This document shows, piece after piece, positions 60,928 through 64,000 of a stretch of 64,000 bases of DNA. The notes under the pieces are model-generated. The model was not told where the DNA came from, did no database searches, and worked only from the letters and a program-made list of their open reading frames with translations. The DNA comes from an uncultured Pelagibacteraceae bacterium (GTDB taxonomy: Bacteria; Pseudomonadota; Alphaproteobacteria; Pelagibacterales; Pelagibacteraceae). Numbering within the stretch: the stretch's first letter is position 1; each line of letters starts with the position of its first letter. The stretch lies in assembly GCA_902552345.1 (NCBI GenBank), contig CACDGO010000003.1, positions 56,221 through 120,220 on the forward strand, in the 5' to 3' direction. Position numbers and translations under genes: made by a program.

Positions 60928-62693
60928 AAATTTTTCATTATATTTGATTTAATTAAAGCAAGACTTTTATTATCTGCCTTTTCATTAAATTTATTATTGA
61001 ATTTTTTAAGGGAGTCTTGAACTTTTTGGGAGAACCACCACGTATCCACATTTGCCCAAATTTTATTGATATGATCAATCATAGAGTAAGTTTCATGAAA
61101 AATAATTTTTTCAGTTTTAAGATCTCTGTATTTATGAATAAATTCTTCATTAATAATATTTAAGTAATTTTTATCTAAATACATTATTGATGGTATATTT
61201 TTGCAAAAATTTTCTAATAAACCGGTAGAGTCGTAATTAAAGATACATAATTTTGCATTATTTAAAATTTTCTCAGCACTTTTTACTCCATTGTCTATTT
61301 CAACATCAAGATCATTGAAATATTTAATGAAAGTTTGTCCGTAAATTTTTTTATAAAAAGTTTCGTTTAATCTTAAGATAATATTACTTTTAATTTCTTT
61401 ATTTATTCTCTCCAAGAATAACCTTATCCTTGTTAAAGATTTTAAAATTTCAGATGGCATAATTAATAAATTATCAGTTGTGTTAGATAAAAATTCACAA
61501 AAAATAATCAATTTTTTTCCTCTATTTTTTTTATATGTAGATTGCTTTATTGTTTTAAAATTAAAAAAACCTTTAACATTTTTAAAATTTGAATTTTCAT
61601 ATCCCCAAGAAAAAAATTTGGTGGAATAACTAAATTCTGGAAGATAATTGTTATGTATCTTACTAAAATAATTATTGCCATGTTGACCAATAAATATTGG
61701 CTTATTATTTAAAATTTGTTTAGCTGCAAAAACTTTGAACACTTCATCAAAAAAATTTAAAGACGATGTAAAAATAAATTTAGGATCCTTAGGGAATAAT
61801 TTGTTTTCAGACAATTTTAGATTTATTTTAAAATTTTCTAAAAGGGATTTAGGTAAAAAATTAAACAAATTTGAATTAATAAAATTTTCAAAATTCCTTT
61901 TTTCTGTACTCATTAGTCTCGTATATTTTTTTCTGAGAGTAAAATTAATCGGAAGATTATTTGGTGTGGATAAGCTTTTATAATAACTTGGAATTTGGTT
62001 AAATAATAATTCTAATTTCTTTTCTTGTAAAAAAGGAAGGTAAGTGTGACTTATAAATGCACTCGAAGGATTCCTGAATTTTTTTTGTAAAAAATATAAA
62101 ATATTTTCATATAACTTTATTTTTTTTTTAACATTTCCTTTTGGCTTCATAGTTTTTTCAGGAAATTCTTTTACTTTTTTTACTTTTACATTATTCAAAA
62201 AATCTTTTTCAAAATAATTTAAAACTTTTGAAAAGTAGGCGTAATACCATGAAAGATCAAATGCATGGGCTCCCGCAAATTCTAGGGTATCCTCTTTTAT
62301 AAAACAAAAATTTTTGTAATCTATTAATAATGCGTGACTAATTTTTTCACTTTTAATTAAATAATTAATCTGATTTAAAATTTTAAATGAAACATAAATA
62401 TAATTTTTTAGCCAATATCCTACGATAATTTCAAGTCCTTGCTTATTAAAATTAGTATAATGAATTTCATTAAAATATTTTAAAAGATTTTTTAGAACTT
62501 TTTTGTAAATCTCATCGCAAAATTTATAATCATTTAATATTTCATTCCTTGCTTGTGTTAAAAAATCGATTTCTTTAATTTTGAATTTTTTTTTTATCTC
62601 TTGTTCTACTGGTAAAATACTAAGGTATTTAACATCATCGTCTAATTTTGATTGGTCTCCACACAATAATAGTGTGTTTTTCTCTGTTGTCAT
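60924..62693 (-). CDS. Putative transferase, LIC12162-like family
   Basis: LNEIH...IIVGYWL-like N-terminal pattern, PKFIFT, GQHG.NY, FSWG, YDSTG.LE, VDTWW. Confidence 0.65.
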   Translation of the reverse strand: MTTEKNTLLLCGDQSKLDDDVKYLSILPVEQEIKKKFKIKEIDFLTQARNEILNDYKFCDEIYKKVLKNLLKYFNEIHYTNFNKQGLEIIVGYWLKNYIYVSFKILNQINYLIKSEKISHALLIDYKNFCFIKEDTLEFAGAHAFDLSWYYAYFSKVLNYFEKDFLNNVKVKKVKEFPEKTMKPKGNVKKKIKLYENILYFLQKKFRNPSSAFISHTYLPFLQEKKLELLFNQIPSYYKSLSTPNNLPINFTLRKKYTRLMSTEKRNFENFINSNLFNFLPKSLLENFKINLKLSENKLFPKDPKFIFTSSLNFFDEVFKVFAAKQILNNKPIFIGQHGNNYFSKIHNNYLPEFSYSTKFFSWGYENSNFKNVKGFFNFKTIKQSTYKKNRGKKLIIFCEFLSNTTDNLLIMPSEILKSLTRIRLFLERINKEIKSNIILRLNETFYKKIYGQTFIKYFNDLDVEIDNGVKSAEKILNNAKLCIFNYDSTGLLENFCKNIPSIMYLDKNYLNIINEEFIHKYRDLKTEKIIFHETYSMIDHINKIWANVDTWWFSQKVQDSLKKFNNKFNEKADNKSLALIKSNIMKNL

Positions 62694-62718
62694 TTTAAAA
62701 TTTGTATTTCTAAAGAAA

Positions 62719-63738
62719 TTAATTACTTTTTTTTAAGATTTTTTTTATGGCTAAAATATTTAGAATATCTTTATTGTTGTGGGAATTATACTCGAAATTT
62801 TTTTTTACTCTTCTACCCCTCTCTTTTTTTTGATCTATCATATAAGTTTTAACATTTACATTTGGCTCCCAAATGGTCGGCTCAATTACATAATGATTTC
62901 TAAATTCTATAGTAAGGTGAGATTCTTCTGTAGAACACAATGATTCATGTAATTTTTCTCCAGGTCTTATACCAATAATCTTTAATTTTGTTTTTGGACT
63001 CAACGCTTTAGCTATATCTTTTATATAACAAGATGGAAGTTTAGGAATAAATATTTCTCCACCTTGCATTCTTTCAAATGAATTAAGAACAAATTTAATT
63101 CCATCATGTAAACTTATAAAAAACCTAGTCATTTTCGGATCTGTGATAGGTAAAGATGTTTTTTTTATTTTTATAAGTTTTTTAAAAAAAGGTATGACTG
63201 ATCCTCTCGAATTTAAAACATTACCGTATCTCACAACAGAAAACCTTGTACTATATTTTTTCCCACCCAGCATGTTGGCAGATACAAAGAGTTTGTCTGA
63301 TGCTAGTTTAGTTGCTCCATACAAATTTATTGGACTGCTTGCTTTATCAGTAGATAAAGCAATTACTTTTTTTACACCTTGTTCTAATGATGCAAATATT
63401 ACATTACTGGCACCATTAATGTTAGTGTTAATGCATTCTTGAGGATTATACTCAGCAGCTGGTATCTGTTTAAGTGCCGCCGCGTGTATTACGAAATCAA
63501 CATCATTAAATGCTAGATTTAATCTTGCTCTATCTCTCACATCCCCTATGAAGAAACGGAACTTATCTATATTGTAACCATCTCTAGATAATGAATTTTG
63601 CATTTCATATTGTTTAAGTTCGTCTCTAGAAAAAATTATTATTTTTTTTGGTCTATGTTTTTTGTATAAGTGTTTAGCACAAGCATTACCAAATGAGCCA
63701 GTCCCACCAGTTATCAGAATGATTTTATTTTTAAACAT
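62719..63738 (-). CDS. pseB: UDP-N-acetylglucosamine 4,6-dehydratase (inverting), PseB/FlaA1
   Basis: TGGTGSFG, SRDELKQ, HAAALKQIPAAEYNP, LSTDKA, YGATK, RYGNV..SRGS, GIRPGEKLHE. Confidence 0.93.
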   Translation of the reverse strand: MFKNKIILITGGTGSFGNACAKHLYKKHRPKKIIIFSRDELKQYEMQNSLSRDGYNIDKFRFFIGDVRDRARLNLAFNDVDFVIHAAALKQIPAAEYNPQECINTNINGASNVIFASLEQGVKKVIALSTDKASSPINLYGATKLASDKLFVSANMLGGKKYSTRFSVVRYGNVLNSRGSVIPFFKKLIKIKKTSLPITDPKMTRFFISLHDGIKFVLNSFERMQGGEIFIPKLPSCYIKDIAKALSPKTKLKIIGIRPGEKLHESLCSTEESHLTIEFRNHYVIEPTIWEPNVNVKTYMIDQKKERGRRVKKNFEYNSHNNKDILNILAIKKILKKSN

Positions 63739-63828
63739 TATTAAATATTGTTAAATATTATTTAAACTCTTTGAATAAGCAAGTCCAATTTTTTTTTCAA
63801 AATAAATAAATCAATTTAGTGCTTTTAA

Positions 63829-63999
63829 TTATTTAAAAATTAAATAAATTAAGATTTTTATAAGCTTTAAATTTGATTTTAAAAAATTTCCTACACGAGG
63901 ATTATCTTTTCTCTTATTTGTCAAAATATCATAATTACTAACTTTAAAATTTTTTTTTATAAAAAAAATAGTTAAATCTACAAGAAAGAAGTATCTTAA
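63829..63999 (-). CDS. 3' end of a CDS entering from beyond the window (possibly a glycosyltransferase)
   Basis: Open frame LRYFFLVDLTIFFIKKNFKVSNYDILTNKRKDNPRVGNFLKSNLKLIKILIYLIFK* ending at TAA 63829-63831. Confidence 0.5.
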   Translation of the reverse strand, partial: LRYFFLVDLTIFFIKKNFKVSNYDILTNKRKDNPRVGNFLKSNLKLIKILIYLIFK

Positions 64000-64000
64000 T

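Larger units (their letters stand above)
53663..64000 (-). other. Surface polysaccharide/O-chain hypervariable island (SAR11 HVR2-like), 5S-proximal end
   Basis: Uninterrupted co-oriented sugar-nucleotide, glycosyltransferase and methyltransferase genes abutting tRNA-Val/5S; visibly more AT-rich than the core. Confidence 0.85.

Noticed and set aside
63750-63765. Perfect CtrA-like box (TTAA-N7-TTAAC, minus strand) upstream of pseB
   Set aside because: Tempting because the Caulobacter pseB orthologue flmA is CtrA-regulated, but the motif arises easily by chance at this AT content and, as I recall, Pelagibacter lacks CtrA

Overview
Very AT-rich, densely packed alphaproteobacterial chromosome segment. 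Gene content, order and the unlinked 5S rRNA point to SAR11 (Pelagibacterales); this is inferred, not confirmed by a search. Bases 1-53.6 kb are mostly core genes: nadAC, ppdK, glyQS, ispB, pdxH, aroC, dxs, ispA, rluD, rpoH, purA, thiD, glmM, folP, ftsH, tilS, tol-pal, yebC, zapA, tkt-pgk-fba, efp, suhB, rpmE, rpsU, csp, typA, pntAB and rpmJ. There are three tRNAs (Arg-UCG, fMet, Val-GAC) and a stand-alone 5S rRNA. Three small glycan-modification islets interrupt the core (16.4-18.9, 44.3-45.1 and 47.0-50.3 kb). From 53.66 kb to the end is a surface-polysaccharide cluster, matching the SAR11 hypervariable island next to 5S rRNA, that encodes a probable CDP-linked C-methyl branched deoxysugar pathway. 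Main observations: (1) rpsU (bS21), missed by the ORF track, appears to start at ATT behind a perfect GGAGGT Shine-Dalgarno, a candidate autoregulatory circuit; (2) a phage/MOC1-type resolvase occupies the ruvCAB slot; (3) gap and 6S RNA are cleanly absent from their conserved loci; (4) a rare tRNA-Arg(UCG); (5) the orphan 5S rRNA appears to have its own promoter and runs straight into rpmJ. No CRISPR array, integrase or transposase was seen.
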